64,000 nucleotides of DNA from Oikopleura dioica (lineage: Eukaryota; Animalia; Chordata), in NCBI GenBank assembly GCA_907165135.1, contig OU015567.1:15252001-15316000 (forward strand), in the 5' to 3' direction. Each line of letters begins with the position of its first letter. The first letter of the stretch is position 1. This document shows positions 61,231 through 64,000 of the stretch, in pieces. The notes beneath the pieces were generated by a model. That model worked only from the letters and a program-made list of their open reading frames with translations, had not been told where the DNA came from and searched no databases. The translations under genes and the position numbers were made by a program.

Positions 61231-63099
61231 ATGAATAGAAGAAAAAACAACGATCAATTTATTTCTCTGGTCATTCTGCATAACATCTCGAGCCCATAAC
61301 ATATTTAGACTACTTTAACTCTCAAAACAGCTCCTATTTCGTTTTTGGAAGCGCTCAACCCTTTATGAAATCTGAAAAGAAAAAAAACACTGTCCACGAT
61401 GATTATGTTCAAGCTACTCAATACTTAAACTCAACAAATCTTCTCTTTCCGAAGCATTCTTCCGGACATTGTGAGACCCAACTTTAGATTATTTTTAAGT
61501 TGAATAAAACTTACTCCTTTTTCGAGTGTCGACTTATTATTTCTTACAGGCTGGTATTCTTATCATAAGTATACGCCACAAATTCATTTTTTACATGCCT
61601 GCTCCATTTTCAGCATAATGTGGTGAGTTGATTCACTTTTTATTTTACCGATATTTCGAAAAATTATTCAAAGTACGCTGTGCCTTCTTTTTTAAAAATT
61701 CTTTTTCCATATTCAGCCCTTCTTCCTTTTTCCTAAGTTTTGTTCCAATTCTAATTCGATTGTAATTTTTCCCGAGTTCGTTTTTTTCGGAAGAAAAAGA
61801 GGCTCTTTTTGTATTTATCCTTTGGTGGCTTCGTCTCTATGCATTCTTATCAAAATTATTAATTTGCCGATATTAATTGGCTCTAAAAATTGTAATAGTT
61901 CTTGAGTCTCGTGCTCAAGCCGCATACTTTCATTGTGGTCGAAAAATTATCAAGCAGAAAGCCGCCAAGATTAAGTTCAAACGTATTTCAACTCCTCTCC
62001 ATCTTTTTAAAAGCATTGTTTCCGTAATTAGCTTAATTATCACCGCGTTTGCCTATGTATAGTAATATGGATCATGTGGTTTTTTCTAACTCTTGCGCAA
62101 ATTTACCTTTCAATTCTATTCAACATCTATCACTCGAGCTAAAAAACTTGGCTCTGGCGATAGAATCAAACGTAAAATCCAACCAATTTAATTATTTGAA
62201 TCAATCACCACATCCTTGTCACTAACTTTGTTTTATTTCCACCAACTATCAATCTCTGAGCTCCTTGACCCCATCAAGCGCCCCAAAAACATCCCATTCT
62301 CCCCCCTAAAAAGCAGTTCCTGCTCCCAAAATGATGATTTATTCTGTGTATAAATAAACGAACGAATAATTCGACGATTCACGGTGAATTTATGAGTGCA
62401 ATGATTAGTAACATACTAATTGTCTTTATTTATAGATTCACCTTTTTATTGAAGGGTTAAACTTGTGCATCTGCAAGTGAGGCTAGATTCTCAGCGTTGT
62501 ATTTTTAGCTTGTTTCTATCGAATATTTATTTCTTCTCAATCAAGCCCTACCGGAGTTGAAATGAGTCGCTTTTAAGATAGAATTCAACACAAAACACGG
62601 TCTAAAAGTGTTATGGAAAAAGTACCGTCTTCGGAAAAAGAATGAGTGGTCTGGTAATCCGTTCATAAAACACTTAGAAACGCGCGAATACTAGCGTTAA
62701 ACAATATGATTTGATAAAGGAGCGAGTCTTTGATCGGGCTTCTGACACAATGATGTGCTAAATCTCCGCGAAATTCACCTTGGCCCCTGTCCAATACGTC
62801 ATCGCAATACGACCTTGGGTATGCTGGGTTTGAACAGCTGGATATATCCGGCCGCAAGCCTCTATCAGATTATTTACTAGAAAAGTCCAAACGCATCAAT
62901 CTGGGGACATTTTATGCCCCGGATTTTATGACGAAAGGAGTGGCGAAATCTGTTTTGTTTCAGTTTGAAAGTATCATTTTATTTACAGTATTACAGTTCT
63001 CGTTCAGAAGCAGGACAGACTCATTGTCTTTCGTTTTCAATAATTATCAAAATAGAAAACGCAAAACAGCAAAACAAAGTAAAGCACTCGAATATTTTA

Positions 63100-63754
63100 C
63101 GAAGAACTACTCAAGTTGGAAATCACTGTAGTTGAAGACTTGGTGCGTAAGCGGAGCGAAAGTTCACGCGCTTGATTTTTCTGGCCTGGAAAGGGTGCAA
63201 TCATACGTCATGAACCAGTCCACATCGAGGTTGGAAAGTTCGCCTTCTTGTGGCATCGCGATGTCGTCAAACTCGTCGGGGGTACTTTCGCGCATTGGCT
63301 AGAAGATATACAGTCAGGCTGGGGTTTGTTTGAGCTTTCGTTTTTGGTTATCGGCCAGAGAGGAACCGGTTTCGCTTTTTATAATTTCACATTTGGCTGG
63401 GAACAGCAAACAAACATCGAAAAAATCGGAAACTGCACTTTCGATACTGTCATTTCAGTTACCTTATCTGTTGATGACAGGGTGGAGGAGTTGGAGGACG
63501 ACTGGATCGAGTTGACCGAGTTGTTGCGCGTCGTCAACGCCGCCGCGGAACTGAGCGAGTTGAGACCGAAGGGAAGCGTCGGTGGCGGAACCATGAACTT
63601 GGCGGGAAGGGACAGCATCGTCGAGCGTTGGCTCAGACTCCGCTCTGGCTCGCTGCCAACGGAAGAGTCCAGCGAGTCGTCAGCGCCCAGCGAGCGGCGG
63701 CTGCTCTCCCGGCTGGCACGCATTACTGGCACTTCAGTACGACGAACTGAATAA
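63100..63754 (-). CDS. 3' exons of an S-rich protein whose 5' part lies beyond the window
   Basis: Exon SVRRTEVPVMRASRESS...LSSTD| (GT donor) and downstream exon PMRESTPDEFDDIAMPQEGELSNLDVDWF; no family recognised. Confidence 0.5.
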
Positions 63755-64000
63755 GCATGTTTCTACTTGCAGAATATTCAATAGTTCAAATTCAAGTGAA
63801 GAGTAAATTTACATTCGTTTGAGAACTTTGCTCTCCTGTCATACTTTTGCGAGTAAATACTACATTAGAGGGCATCGCCTTCTTTGATTTATGAGCTTTG
63901 AATGCTATGAATATTAGAAAATTTTGATTATTGTTTTCACTCCTGTTTCTATGATGGAACTATCAATATGGATACGCAAAAATAGCTTCAAATAAAGTGG

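Noticed and set aside
14318-62080. Recurrent (G/A)TCATGTG(AC) E-box-like motif at 14318, 14931, 25131, 25993 and 62072
   Set aside because: Short motif; two copies lie inside transposons and the rest are compatible with chance. No positional evidence for function.
62663-62857. 64-aa minus-strand ORF with three Cys
   Set aside because: May be a terminal exon of the gene at the right edge or of another gene, but frame and connection cannot be established.
1-64000. Autonomous transposon (transposase or reverse transcriptase ORF)
   Set aside because: No DDE, RT, endonuclease or gag ORF was recognised; all elements are short and non-coding.
1-64000. tRNA, rRNA, SL RNA or snRNA genes
   Set aside because: No convincing cloverleaf, rRNA or spliced-leader sequence was seen by eye; a tRNAscan-SE or Infernal run would be needed to exclude them.

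Overview
Eukaryotic, extremely compact genomic DNA, most consistent with the appendicularian tunicate Oikopleura dioica or a close relative. This is an inference from ~40-60 nt introns, non-canonical GA/GG/GC-AG donors, operon-like gene spacing with TTTCAG/TTTTAG acceptors just before ATGs, and chordate-like proteins; no database was used. The ORF track fragments intron-containing genes, so gene models were spliced by hand and boundaries are approximate. Recognisable genes: LARP7 (5' partial), an Rv2258c-like SAM methyltransferase, a C1orf52-like gene, KMT5A/SET8, a C2H2 zinc-finger gene, NSFL1C/p47, an LRR-Ig-LRR-TM receptor, TCAIM, CNOT9, RPS2, SHCBP1, ABHD12-like, ADAR, EDC4, ELOA and CTDSP, plus about ten orphan genes. 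No autonomous transposon is present, but at least six families of non-autonomous TIR elements are, mostly inside introns. Best leads: (1) a catalytically dead SGNH-hydrolase-like domain, reminiscent of LINE ORF1 esterases and the Oskar OSK domain, in frame inside the P-body scaffold EDC4; (2) a MITE copy that itself forms an intron of TCAIM (introner-like), from a ~10-copy family carrying palindromic AP-1 sites; (3) a ~165-bp-arm inverted-repeat element 33 nt after the ADAR stop codon; (4) a 21-nt candidate microexon in CNOT9.
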